Position numbers and translations under genes: made by a program. Shown here piece by piece: positions 20,872-30,651 of a stretch of 64,000 nt of DNA (position 1 is the first letter of the stretch; each line of letters opens with the position of its first letter). The stretch is from Nitrospinaceae bacterium (GTDB lineage Bacteria; Nitrospinota; Nitrospinia; Nitrospinales; Nitrospinaceae): assembly GCA_965237905.1 (NCBI GenBank), contig OZ250172.1, forward strand, positions 480,001 to 544,000. Direction: 5' to 3'. The notes below the pieces were generated by a model. The model was not told the origin of the DNA and did not search any database. It saw only the letters and a list, made by a program, of their open reading frames with translations.

Positions 20872-21861
20872 CTATTGAAGAGCTTCTGTAATTTGAATTG
20901 CTTTCATTCCCCGCGAGACACCGGAGTAGCCTCTGAATTTAGCGGTTCCTTCAATTTTGATATGAAGCGGGTCGGAGACATCCTTGCTCAGCATCACCAC
21001 ATCGCCCTCATGAAGGCCCAGCAAATCCCTGGGAGTTATTTGAGTTTGACCCAACTCGGCCACCATCTCCACTTCGGTTTTCATCAACTCCACCTGCAGG
21101 CGGTTGACCCATACCTGATCCACTTCCATCTGTTCGCTTTGGAAGTTAGCTTTGAGCTTATTGATGATGGATTCGATCATGGAGTAAGGAATGCAAATGG
21201 TAACGGTTCCGGAAGAATTCTCCATTTCAATATCGAACACAATAACCAAAACCACATCCGTAGGTGGAACAATGGCCGCAAACTGAGGATTGACTTCCGA
21301 GCGGACATAAGTACACGCCACGGGATGAATGGATTTCCAAGCGCGCTCCCAATCCTCCAAAGCGTTCTGAACCACTTTTTTGGTCATCCGGATTTCAATG
21401 GCGCTGAAATCCCGGCCCAGAGTATTGATATCAGAGGTTCCCGTTCCTCCAAAAAAATTATCGACAAAAGAAAATACCAAACGGCTTTCAATCACCATCA
21501 GTCCAAATCCGCGTAGTGGTTCCATACGAAACACATGCAAACTGGAGGGTACCGACAGAGACCGCAAAAATTCGCCGAATTTAAGCGAGTCGGTGGAAAC
21601 CGTGCTAACATCGGCTGATTTGCGCATCAAACTGGAGAAGGAGTTCCGAAACAACCTCGAAAACATCTGATTGATAATATCCAGAGTAGGGAGGCGTCCA
21701 CGAACGATTTTCTCTTGACTGGTCAGGTCGTAGGGAACCACTCCTCTGACTTCCTCAGGAGCATCGGTCTCCGTTTCAATCTGACCCCCGCTGACACCTC
21801 TCAACAAGGCATCCACTTCTCCCTGGGATAAAACCTGTTCCATATCAACTACCCTTGCCAA
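20872..21861 (-). CDS. fliM: Flagellar motor switch protein FliM
   Basis: LSQGEVDALL CheY-binding peptide, RGRLPTL, RSEVNPQF; start may be ATG 21843. Confidence 0.95.
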   Translation of the reverse strand: MARVVDMEQVLSQGEVDALLRGVSGGQIETETDAPEEVRGVVPYDLTSQEKIVRGRLPTLDIINQMFSRLFRNSFSSLMRKSADVSTVSTDSLKFGEFLRSLSVPSSLHVFRMEPLRGFGLMVIESRLVFSFVDNFFGGTGTSDINTLGRDFSAIEIRMTKKVVQNALEDWERAWKSIHPVACTYVRSEVNPQFAAIVPPTDVVLVIVFDIEMENSSGTVTICIPYSMIESIINKLKANFQSEQMEVDQVWVNRLQVELMKTEVEMVAELGQTQITPRDLLGLHEGDVVMLSKDVSDPLHIKIEGTAKFRGYSGVSRGMKAIQITEALQ

Positions 21862-21883
21862 ACCCCTAAAAATTGTTAAGGGT

Positions 21884-22402
21884 TTATTGAATTAAAAATT
21901 CAGAAAAATACACTTCCTTGACATGCCCCATTGCCAGAAACCGGTTGACCCGCGTCGTGATTTCATCTTTCAATTTGAATTTTCCTTGAATCGAATACAC
22001 ATCTTCGAACGTTTTACTGCTCAGTAATACCAGAATGGAATCCATGATCTTCTGCCGGTTGTCTTCAACTTCCGGTTGGACCGCGGGATTATTCAATTCC
22101 AGAGTGACCGTCACCTTTAAAATTCGGCTCCCCTTGGTCCTCGCCAGGTTCACCATAAAAGGCTCCAGAGGAACCATGACTCCAACTGCCGGTGCTACCG
22201 GCCGGGCCGTCGCTACCGGTTGAATCTGCGCGGAGGACGATGGAACCTTGGATTCGGAGTTTCCGGAAATCAACTCTTGGACAAAATAACCCCCAACTCC
22301 GGCAATCAAGATCAGCACCACCACCAAAAGAATACTCATAAAAGAACTTCGGGGGGCAGGTCCCGTCTGAACATTTTCTAAAATTGGTTGTTCCTCAGCC
22401 AT
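21884..22402 (-). CDS. fliL: Flagellar basal body protein FliL
   Basis: N-terminal TM, LEPFMVNL, GKFKLKDEI, VYFSEFLIQ. Confidence 0.92.
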   Translation of the reverse strand: MAEEQPILENVQTGPAPRSSFMSILLVVVLILIAGVGGYFVQELISGNSESKVPSSSAQIQPVATARPVAPAVGVMVPLEPFMVNLARTKGSRILKVTVTLELNNPAVQPEVEDNRQKIMDSILVLLSSKTFEDVYSIQGKFKLKDEITTRVNRFLAMGHVKEVYFSEFLIQ

Positions 22403-22644
22403 GAGCCGGGGTCTCCCTGTCTAGTGGGTCCACGAGAAAAATATCTCCATTACATTATAAATCCATATAAGCCATAACCCAAATCTACCGGGAGGGTGGA
22501 ACTCTGGCAGACCATCCCAGGCCCTCCCCTTTCACCGCCCTATTTTCCCCGATCCGGGCTCAGGAGGGTGGAATTAATACAGATTTCAACAGGTTACAAC
22601 ATTATATATCTTTCACGGTAAAACCCCCCAAATACTTGAGCATC

Positions 22645-22691
22645 TGTTTATTTTTATTGCATATGACCGGGGTATGCGCTTTTTTCATGCA
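22645..22691. promoter_or_regulatory. Putative tandem NtrC-type enhancer sites
   Basis: TGCGC-N7-ATGCA (22675-22691) and weaker TGTTT-N7-TTGCA (22645-22661), centres 30 bp apart, resembling TGCAC-N7-GTGCA. Confidence 0.45.
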
Positions 22692-22812
22692 AAATGGATC
22701 CATCCCCCAGTGCCCCTTGTGCCACTCAAAGTCCGTTCTTTAATATTTTAAACCTTTGAAAGTTAAATGGTTGTTTAATTTCTAAGTGCTTGATACCACC
22801 CCTTTGGCAACT

Positions 22813-22828
22813 TGGTACAGGAATTGAA
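22813..22828 (+). promoter_or_regulatory. Putative sigma54 promoter of glnB-amtB
   Basis: TGGTACAGGAATTGAA: GG-N10-GA, with the -12 C replaced by A. Confidence 0.5.
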
Positions 22829-22956
22829 TTACATCTGGCAAGTCTCGGGGTAAGTCTCCGAAGCGGTGGTTTTAAATTTAACCCTTGTTTGGCTGGAATC
22901 AAGCCTGTCAATCCCATAAACGGTTCGATCGGCCCAATTATCAGGAGTCACCTTGA

Positions 22957-23295
<339 letters not shown>

Positions 23296-23354
23296 CTGAA
23301 GAATAAAAAGCATTTCAGTAAACCTCACTTAACTTTTGGAAGGAGAAAAATTAA

Positions 23355-24668
23355 ATGCAGATGAGATTTCGATCGCAATCGTTGATCGTTTTAATAATAA
23401 CTTTGCTGGCGGTGGCCTTCCCCGGTCTGGTGTTGGCCGAGGAAACCCCGGTTCTTAATTCAGGCGATACCGCGTGGATGTTGACGGCGACCGCTTTGGT
23501 GCTTTTCATGACCATCCCTGGTTTATCTCTGTTTTACGCCGGCATGGTGCGAAGCAAGAACGTGCTGTCGGTATTGATGCAATGCTTTGCGATCACTTCC
23601 CTCATGACGGTTTTGTGGGTCATATACGGTTACAGCATGGCCTTCGGTGGATCGGGCGAATATTGGGGTGGATTGTCCAAGATCTTCCTGAAAGGTGTGA
23701 CGGTCGACTCGCTCAGCGGCACTATTCCCGAGACCGTTTTTATGACGTTCCAGATGACTTTTGCTATAATCACGCCCGCCCTGATCGTCGGCGCGTTTGC
23801 CGAACGCATGAAATTCTCCGCGATACTGCTTTTCATGACCCTCTGGTTCACTATCGTTTACGCCCCTGTATGCCACTGGGTGTGGGGGGATGGAGGATGG
23901 CTCAAGGACAAAGGCATTCAGGATTTTGCGGGAGGGACCGTGGTGCACATCAATGCCGGGATCGCCGGTTTGGTAGCCGCCATCGTTCTGGGCAAACGCA
24001 AGGGATATCCCGAAAAGCACATGCCGCCTCATAATCTGGGTTACACCCTGATGGGAGCGTCCATGCTGTGGGTCGGCTGGTTTGGCTTCAACGCGGGCAG
24101 TCAGTTGGCCGCCGACGGAACAGCTGGCATGGCCATGGCCGTGACGCAAATTGCCACTGCCGCCGCCGCATTGGGTTGGATGTTCAGTGAATGGATCGAC
24201 CATGGCAAACCCAGTGTACTGGGCATTGCCTCGGGTGCCGTTGCGGGATTGGTCGCCATTACCCCGGCCTCGGGCTCTGTAGGCCCCATGGGGGCACTGG
24301 CCATCGGAGCCGCCGCCGGTGTGGGTTGTTTCATCGCTTCCACCAAGATCAAACGTCTCTTGGGATACGACGATTCTCTGGACGTCTTCGGTGTGCATGC
24401 CGTCGGTGGGATCATCGGCGCCCTGCTCACCGGAGTCTTTTGCGCCCAAGGGCTGGGCGGAGTCGGTTTCGGCGGTGACAACACCGGTATCGGCGGTCAG
24501 GTCTGGGTCCAGCTCATCGGCATCAGCGCGACGGTGGTTTATTCCGGGGTCGTCAGCTTCGTGATCCTGAAAGCGGTGGATAGGATGGTTGGCCTGCGCG
24601 TCGCCGACGACGAAGAAACGGAAGGGCTGGACCTTTCACAGCATGATGAACGTGGATATAACCTGTAG
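23355..24668 (+). CDS. amtB: Ammonium transporter
   Basis: FQMTFAIITPAL, DFAGGTVVHINAG, WFGFNAGS, DDSLDVFGVH. Confidence 0.97.
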   Translation: MQMRFRSQSLIVLIITLLAVAFPGLVLAEETPVLNSGDTAWMLTATALVLFMTIPGLSLFYAGMVRSKNVLSVLMQCFAITSLMTVLWVIYGYSMAFGGSGEYWGGLSKIFLKGVTVDSLSGTIPETVFMTFQMTFAIITPALIVGAFAERMKFSAILLFMTLWFTIVYAPVCHWVWGDGGWLKDKGIQDFAGGTVVHINAGIAGLVAAIVLGKRKGYPEKHMPPHNLGYTLMGASMLWVGWFGFNAGSQLAADGTAGMAMAVTQIATAAAALGWMFSEWIDHGKPSVLGIASGAVAGLVAITPASGSVGPMGALAIGAAAGVGCFIASTKIKRLLGYDDSLDVFGVHAVGGIIGALLTGVFCAQGLGGVGFGGDNTGIGGQVWVQLIGISATVVYSGVVSFVILKAVDRMVGLRVADDEETEGLDLSQHDERGYNL

Positions 24669-24712
24669 CTTGCTAATTTTTTAATGAGATGAATTTATAA
24701 GGAGGAGGTTCG

Positions 24713-25930
24713 ATGAAAAAGTTTTTGAGTTTATATGGTTCGCGGCTTGGATCGGTCGCTCTGCTGGGATTGATCCTGCTATTACCCAGCCAGGCTTTGG
24801 CAGGGAAAAACGTCTTTAAATTTTTCGAGGATATGGAAATACACGGGTTCGTTTCCTCCTCCTACAGTTACAACTTCAACAGACCCCTGTCTCAAACCAA
24901 CTGCGGCGTGGCCCCCCTGGCAGGCTGTGCCCGTATTTTCGATCAGGATGACAACAGCTTCAAGCTGGACAACACCGAGCTGGTGTTCCTCAAGGAAACC
25001 TCGGATGTCGGCGATATCGGGTTCCGGTTTGACCTCACCTTCGGCTTCAGCCTGCCGGAAGGTGCGCAACGGGCACGAAGCTCGGCCACCGCCCCGGGAG
25101 GAATATCTCCGATCGCCACAGCGGATGACGACTTCGATCTTCAGCAGGGCTACGTTTCCTGGAAAGCGCCCATCGGAAACGGCCTCCAGTTGGATCTCGG
25201 TAAATTCATTACCCACGTCGGCGCCGAAGTGTTTGACGGCTACGACGGCTGGAACATGAACTTTTCCCGTACCTTCGTGTTCGGCTGGGGCATTCCTTTT
25301 AATCATACCGGCCTTCGCGCCACCTATGAATTCACCGACAAGTTAACCGTTATGGCCATGCTCGCCAATAACTGGGAAGAAGCCGGTGTCAGCGACAATA
25401 ATACCGATAAAGTGCTGGGCACACAGATCGCTTACAGTCCGTCCGACACGATCGGCATTCTTTTCAACTGGGTTGGTGGCAACCAGGGAACCGCCACAAG
25501 CCCGGGAGTCACCAGTAACAATAACGACTGGCGGAATATCTTCGATATCGTGGTTGATATTGCGTTGACCAATCAATTGTCCCTGCAGTTGAACGCCGAC
25601 TATGGTGCTGAGGAAAACGCTCATCCCGTCAGTGGCGGGACGGCGAAATGGGGTGGATTTGCCGGAATCGTCCGTTACGATTTCAACAAATGGTTTTCCA
25701 TGAACGTGCGTGGCGCCCATTTCATCGATGCCGATGGCTTCCGCATGGGTGCACTCAACAATCGATTGTGGGAGGTAACCTTCACTCCCGAATTCCGCAT
25801 TGCTGAAAACATGGTGGTTCGTTTTGAGTACCGCCACGACGAATCCAACCTCGGTGTATTTGAAAATAGCAGAGGTATCGGCACCGGTCATCAGGACACG
25901 GTCGCCATGAACGCCCTGGTCCACTTTTAA
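24713..25930 (+). CDS. Putative outer-membrane beta-barrel porin
   Basis: Signal peptide, alternating beta-strand pattern, GKFITHVGAE, HTGLR, RFEYRHD, C-terminal Phe. Confidence 0.75.
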   Translation: MKKFLSLYGSRLGSVALLGLILLLPSQALAGKNVFKFFEDMEIHGFVSSSYSYNFNRPLSQTNCGVAPLAGCARIFDQDDNSFKLDNTELVFLKETSDVGDIGFRFDLTFGFSLPEGAQRARSSATAPGGISPIATADDDFDLQQGYVSWKAPIGNGLQLDLGKFITHVGAEVFDGYDGWNMNFSRTFVFGWGIPFNHTGLRATYEFTDKLTVMAMLANNWEEAGVSDNNTDKVLGTQIAYSPSDTIGILFNWVGGNQGTATSPGVTSNNNDWRNIFDIVVDIALTNQLSLQLNADYGAEENAHPVSGGTAKWGGFAGIVRYDFNKWFSMNVRGAHFIDADGFRMGALNNRLWEVTFTPEFRIAENMVVRFEYRHDESNLGVFENSRGIGTGHQDTVAMNALVHF

Positions 25931-25950
25931 CAACCGGTGGCTTCTTAAGT

Positions 25951-26001
25951 AAAGAGTCCGGAGGAACTCTGCTTCGCAGGCAGGTTTCTCCGGGCTTTTT
26001 T
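25951..26001 (+). terminator. Rho-independent terminator after glnB-amtB-porin
   Basis: AGTCCGGAGGAA...TTTCTCCGGGCT stem followed by a T run. Confidence 0.75.
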
Positions 26002-26094
26002 AATCGGCTTATTTCCCCTTCTCTCCCAAACTTCTTTATTCCAGCAGACGGAATCGTTACAATACCTGCATCATTACCCTGTCAGGAAATCGCA

Positions 26095-26442
26095 TTGCTG
26101 AATCCGGCCCAAAACCAGATGGTGTATCTCATGTTTTTGAACGGCCTGCTGTTTCTGGGCCTGAACTTTGTCGCCTGCGCCATCGTGTTTCCCGGAGGAC
26201 CGGGATCCAAAAAACTCGGGTATGTTTTGATAACCCTCGTGGCCCTGGTACTTTGCATCACCCAAGAGCTGGATATTCTGATCGACCTGGAATTCCCAGC
26301 GGCCGCCGCACGTACCGTTCTTTTGGCCGGATTCGCCGCTCCGGTATTTTTGATTTCCCTGGTGTATTACCGGATCAAAAGATCGCGTTTGGAACGTTTC
26401 TCACCGCCGCCTTCAACTGGAGACCCGAATGCAGATCATTGA
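26095..26442 (+). CDS. Hypothetical membrane protein (3 TM)
   Basis: Three hydrophobic segments; overlaps the ltaE start. Confidence 0.6.
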   Translation: MLNPAQNQMVYLMFLNGLLFLGLNFVACAIVFPGGPGSKKLGYVLITLVALVLCITQELDILIDLEFPAAAARTVLLAGFAAPVFLISLVYYRIKRSRLERFSPPPSTGDPNADH

Positions 26443-27466
26443 CTTGAGAAGCGATACCATGACCCAGCCGACAGAGGCCATGCGCCAAGCCATGGCCAAA
26501 GCGGAGGTGGGGGATGACGTGTTTAACGAAGACCCGACTCTTCACCGGTTCCAGGACATGGCCGCCGAAAAACTGGGCAAGGAAGCGGCGCTGTTCCTTC
26601 CCAGCGGCACTATGGGCAACCTGGTGAGCCTGCTGACCCACTGCGGCCGGGGCGACGAGATCATCCTGGGGGACCGGAGCCATATCTTTCTCAATGAAGT
26701 GGGGGGAATATCCGCGCTGGGAGGGATTCATCCCCACACTGTCCCCAATCGGGACGACGGCACCCTGCCCCTGGAGACTCTGGAGAACGCCATCCGGCAC
26801 AGCGACCTGCATTATCCCCCGACCCGCCTGATCTGCCTGGAGAACACCCAGAATTATTGTTTCGGATCGCCCCTGACCCCTCAATATATGGATTCAGTGG
26901 CCGAATTAGCTCACAAATACGGGTTAAAGGTCCATCTGGATGGAGCGCGCATTTTCAACGCTTCTACCGCCTTATCCATCGATGTCAGGGAGTTGACGCG
27001 TCAAGCGGACTCGGTAATGTTCAGCTTGTCCAAAGGCCTCTCCGCTCCTGTCGGTTCGGTACTCTGTGGAACCCGGGATTGGGTGGAAAGAGCCCGGAAA
27101 TGGCGGAAAATGGTGGGGGGCGGCATGCGGCAGGCCGGTCACCTCGCCGCCGCGGGAATCGTAGCCCTGGAAACCGGGGTGGACCGCCTGGCTGAGGACC
27201 ACCAAAATGCCCGAACTCTGGCGCAGGGGCTGAAAGGGCTCCCAGGCGTTGTGATCGACCCTGAAAAAAACCCAACCAATATTCTCTTCTTCCAACTGGA
27301 CCACCCGAAAGTGACCCCTGAAGGTTTTCTGGAACAAATGGATTCGCAGGGAGTTAAACTGCTGTTGATGGAAGGCGGGGTGTTTCGGGCGGTCCTGAAC
27401 CGGATGGTCACCCGCGAACACACGGCATCGGCGCTTCAAATCGCAGAATCGATACTGGGACGGTAA
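26429..27466 (+). CDS. ltaE: Low-specificity L-threonine aldolase
   Basis: DLRSDTMT, GDDV..EDPT, PSGTMGN, HLDGARIFNA, SLSKGLSAPVGS. Confidence 0.95.
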   Translation: MQIIDLRSDTMTQPTEAMRQAMAKAEVGDDVFNEDPTLHRFQDMAAEKLGKEAALFLPSGTMGNLVSLLTHCGRGDEIILGDRSHIFLNEVGGISALGGIHPHTVPNRDDGTLPLETLENAIRHSDLHYPPTRLICLENTQNYCFGSPLTPQYMDSVAELAHKYGLKVHLDGARIFNASTALSIDVRELTRQADSVMFSLSKGLSAPVGSVLCGTRDWVERARKWRKMVGGGMRQAGHLAAAGIVALETGVDRLAEDHQNARTLAQGLKGLPGVVIDPEKNPTNILFFQLDHPKVTPEGFLEQMDSQGVKLLLMEGGVFRAVLNRMVTREHTASALQIAESILGR

Positions 27467-27483
27467 TCGGGGCGATAGAAGGT

Positions 27484-27512
27484 TTGACAGACCCCTCCAT
27501 AGAGATTAGAAT
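27484..27512 (+). promoter_or_regulatory. sigma70 promoter of rpoZ
   Basis: TTGACA-N17-TAGAAT. Confidence 0.75.
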
Positions 27513-27550
27513 GCACAGGTAGAACATTCCACTTATTGTAAGGAGTATCA

Positions 27551-27772
27551 ATGCAGGAATTACTGGAACTGGAAAAACTGGCCTTGGACGTGATCAAAAG
27601 CCGCTATCTATTGTGTATCCTGGTGTCTCAACGGATTCATCAACTGGAAAAAGGAGCACAGCCTTGCATTGAGGTGGGCGAAAATGAATATGAAAACCCC
27701 AAAACCTATTACGAGCTCGCCCTCCGGGAAATCATCGAAGGCAATATGGATTTGGAACAAATCGCCAGCTAA
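27551..27772 (+). CDS. rpoZ: RNA polymerase omega subunit
   Basis: SRYLLCILVSQRIHQL..G, K...LALREI; AAGGAG RBS. Confidence 0.8.
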   Translation: MQELLELEKLALDVIKSRYLLCILVSQRIHQLEKGAQPCIEVGENEYENPKTYYELALREIIEGNMDLEQIAS

Positions 27773-27820
27773 GCAAGACCCCCACCCTTTGATTTTTTGA
27801 ACACCATTACCGATTAAATT

Positions 27821-27852
27821 AAAAAAGGCCCGTCCATTTGGACGGGCCTTTT
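27821..27852. terminator. Bidirectional intrinsic terminator
   Basis: AAAAAAGGCCCGTCCA-T-TTGGACGGGCCTTTT between convergent genes. Confidence 0.9.
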
Positions 27853-27884
27853 ATTTTGCTTTCCTAACCGATGGATTACGAGGA

Positions 27885-29606
27885 CTACTTGACTTTACCC
27901 TCTGCGTCCATCTTACGTGTGCGCTTGGTCATCCACAACAACCACATCTGGAATCCGAAAAACGCCACCCCGATAATCGGAGGCATGTAATACATGGATG
28001 CAGGATTATCAGGTTCAAGGATCGTGTAAACCCAAGTGGAAATAGCCATGTACTCGTCATGCTCCTTATTCCAGCCCGTCCATTGCATGAAGGAAACCGG
28101 AATATAGGTCTCAACCGGGATTTGGACATCCGTTTTGTCCGGATTCTCAGTTTCGAGAGAACGCTTGAACATGACTTTCACACGACCCTGATGATATTTG
28201 GAGTTTACGATCTCAACACCACCGGGCGTTTCTTTTTCAGAAACGTCCTGAAAACCCTTACCAATCAGTTCCTTAACGGATATATCAAGATCGTATCCAT
28301 TGGGATTGGGTGCGGCGGTGTCCTTGTAATTCTTGACCATGAAATTGGCCTTCCAGATATCCACAGGCTTCTTGTCATCGCCGTAAATGAAGTACGGTTT
28401 TTCCGCGCCGTACAGCTCTTCCCGCTGGCCCGGCCATTGCATGGCGATGCTATCCATCCATGCCGGATCAACCGAAAGAAACCGGTTGTGGTATTCCACC
28501 AGATAGTAGATCGCCTGCTCTTCTTCAGACCAGTTCGACATAACCCACAGATTGTCTACTTTGGGTTTGAAGTTCCGCTCACCGCGGGTAATCTGACCGG
28601 CCAGGGCGATATAATGCCACCGCTGTTCCTTTTTACCTGTGAATCCATCCGGCCGCGACTTAATGTTGAAATCGTCATCCGGGGCCTGCCACATCGGATC
28701 AGTAAAATCTGTTGAAATAGGACCCTTGGTGAACTTGGATTTGATCAGGAAATCGTTGATCGGCTTGTTGGCCAACTTATCGATTTTCTTCCGAGGACAC
28801 AGGGAGTTGACGAAAGCCGCCAGTTTCCACCGGTCTTCAACCGTGATCTTGTCCTTGAAGTTCGGCATCGGCGTGCCATTCATACCAGTCGAAACGGTTC
28901 GAACAACGTTAAAAGGATCGTAGTGATTCCGACGGCTGCCGCGGAAGTTCCAGCACTGCTGCCAGTCGGCCGCGAAAATCGGGAATCCCCAATCGTCTTT
29001 CATCGTCGGGTTACCGTCACCGCGTCCTTCACCGCCATGACACTCGAAACATTTGTTTTTCAGGAAAACATCTTTACCCAGATCGATGTCTTCCTGAGGA
29101 ATACCCAGATGATACGGGCCTTCCGTTCCCCAGGGATTCTCACCGAAATCCTGCCTGAAAACTTCTTCATCCTCGTCCAAAAAATCCCGATCCTGAACCA
29201 GGGTTTTGACAAATTGGACGACAGCGGCGATTTCATCCGGACTCAGGACTCCGCCCCAAGCCGGCATCGCAGACCCCGGCAAACCGTTTGTGACGGTATC
29301 GATCAGGTTCTGATCCAAAGGAAGCTCGCCCGAATCCGTCCAGCGGATTTTAAAGGTCCCCTGAATAAAGTTTCTGGGGCGGGTAAACAGCCGGTCGGCA
29401 GAAGGTCCATCGCCGCCGCCTTCAACCCCATGACACCAGACGCAACGCTTGAAATACGTTTTTTTACCGAGCTCCAGCTTGTCCTGCTGAATCGGATCCG
29501 GTAGTTGCCCTTCCTGCGCCAGAAGAGTCGACGGCAGACCCACGAACAACATCACCGCCAGTGCGACCAAGAAGTGCCTTACTGCTTTTCTAGACTCCGT
29601 TAGCAT
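27885..29606 (-). CDS. Dihaem c-type cytochrome with C-terminal ethylbenzene-dehydrogenase/NXR-gamma-like (DOMON-like, haem b) domain and TM anchor
   Basis: CVWCH and CFECH, GLPGSAMPAW, GTPMP; C-terminal DSIAMQWP, PVDIWKA, VMFKRSL and final TM; ATG 29606 follows GAGGGAG (ORF track starts at 29654). Confidence 0.8.
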   Translation of the reverse strand: MLTESRKAVRHFLVALAVMLFVGLPSTLLAQEGQLPDPIQQDKLELGKKTYFKRCVWCHGVEGGGDGPSADRLFTRPRNFIQGTFKIRWTDSGELPLDQNLIDTVTNGLPGSAMPAWGGVLSPDEIAAVVQFVKTLVQDRDFLDEDEEVFRQDFGENPWGTEGPYHLGIPQEDIDLGKDVFLKNKCFECHGGEGRGDGNPTMKDDWGFPIFAADWQQCWNFRGSRRNHYDPFNVVRTVSTGMNGTPMPNFKDKITVEDRWKLAAFVNSLCPRKKIDKLANKPINDFLIKSKFTKGPISTDFTDPMWQAPDDDFNIKSRPDGFTGKKEQRWHYIALAGQITRGERNFKPKVDNLWVMSNWSEEEQAIYYLVEYHNRFLSVDPAWMDSIAMQWPGQREELYGAEKPYFIYGDDKKPVDIWKANFMVKNYKDTAAPNPNGYDLDISVKELIGKGFQDVSEKETPGGVEIVNSKYHQGRVKVMFKRSLETENPDKTDVQIPVETYIPVSFMQWTGWNKEHDEYMAISTWVYTILEPDNPASMYYMPPIIGVAFFGFQMWLLWMTKRTRKMDAEGKVK

Positions 29607-29657
29607 AGCTCCCTCTTTATTTAAATATTTCAGAATTGAAATAGTTCGATTCATTGA

Positions 29658-30632
29658 TTATTCCTCCCCACCTGAAGAGGATTCCTCATCGAAGGTTCGC
29701 GGATGGTGCCCGGTGTACCAGTACTCAAACAGGATGACCTTCCAGATTTCCTCGATTTTCAGATGCTCTTCCCAGGGCGGCATCGCCGAGGACCACGGAG
29801 TCGCTTCATTCGGCAATCCCGGACCGCCCTTGGCAACCCGCCAGAACAGGAATGATTCGCGCAACATGGCGATGGTTCCCGGGTCAACGAAGTTTGCGGG
29901 GGTCGGGTTGAACACATGGGAGAACATTCCCTGACCGTTCAACTGATCGCCGTGGCAGTAATGACAGTTCTGAAAGAAAATCGTTCCGCCTTCCGTTACC
30001 GACTTCATGTACACCTGTTTGTCGGCATCCAGAAAGGGGAAGCTGTCTTTATAATTGTCCTGCTCATCCGTTCGAAAAGGATTCTGCAATCCTTCCAACG
30101 TGTAGGTTTTGCCAAACACCTTGGTGGTGGCCGGAGGCGCCGGATGAACCGTGCGCAACTCAACCGGTTCCGCAAAGCTGGGTTCGAGCGACTTATAAGT
30201 CCCAAAACCCACCAGTAGGGGCAGAGCGATAAATACAACAATCCGCGCTATTTTATAATCCCCAACAATGGTTTTAACGATCGGTTTTCTGAATTCCGCG
30301 AAGGTCACCGGATCCTGCGAAACATACAGGAAGGTACCGATGGTCCACAGCATCATGTAAGTGATGAGCAGGGTCCACGGAATCGGCGGAAACAAGATCG
30401 CCTCATAGAAGTACAGACCGATCAGCCAAACGGCCAAACCGTTCAGGGCGATGGGGGGTTTCAACTTCAGAACGAGGTTGAAACCGATACAGTAAGTCAC
30501 AAACAGCAGAAAATAAACGTAGCGGTTGAGTACCCAGCTAAATTCCTTAGGCTTCATAAAGTCAAACAAACCATAGTGGAAAGCGGCCCAACCGACCACA
30601 TAGAAAAGTATTCCTTTCACTACATTGTTCAT
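29658..30632 (-). CDS. Membrane-bound monohaem cytochrome c
   Basis: About 5 N-terminal TM helices, CHYCH, SAMPPW. Confidence 0.85.
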   Translation of the reverse strand: MNNVVKGILFYVVGWAAFHYGLFDFMKPKEFSWVLNRYVYFLLFVTYCIGFNLVLKLKPPIALNGLAVWLIGLYFYEAILFPPIPWTLLITYMMLWTIGTFLYVSQDPVTFAEFRKPIVKTIVGDYKIARIVVFIALPLLVGFGTYKSLEPSFAEPVELRTVHPAPPATTKVFGKTYTLEGLQNPFRTDEQDNYKDSFPFLDADKQVYMKSVTEGGTIFFQNCHYCHGDQLNGQGMFSHVFNPTPANFVDPGTIAMLRESFLFWRVAKGGPGLPNEATPWSSAMPPWEEHLKIEEIWKVILFEYWYTGHHPRTFDEESSSGGEE

Positions 30633-30651
30633 CCCTTAAATCCCTCCTGGA

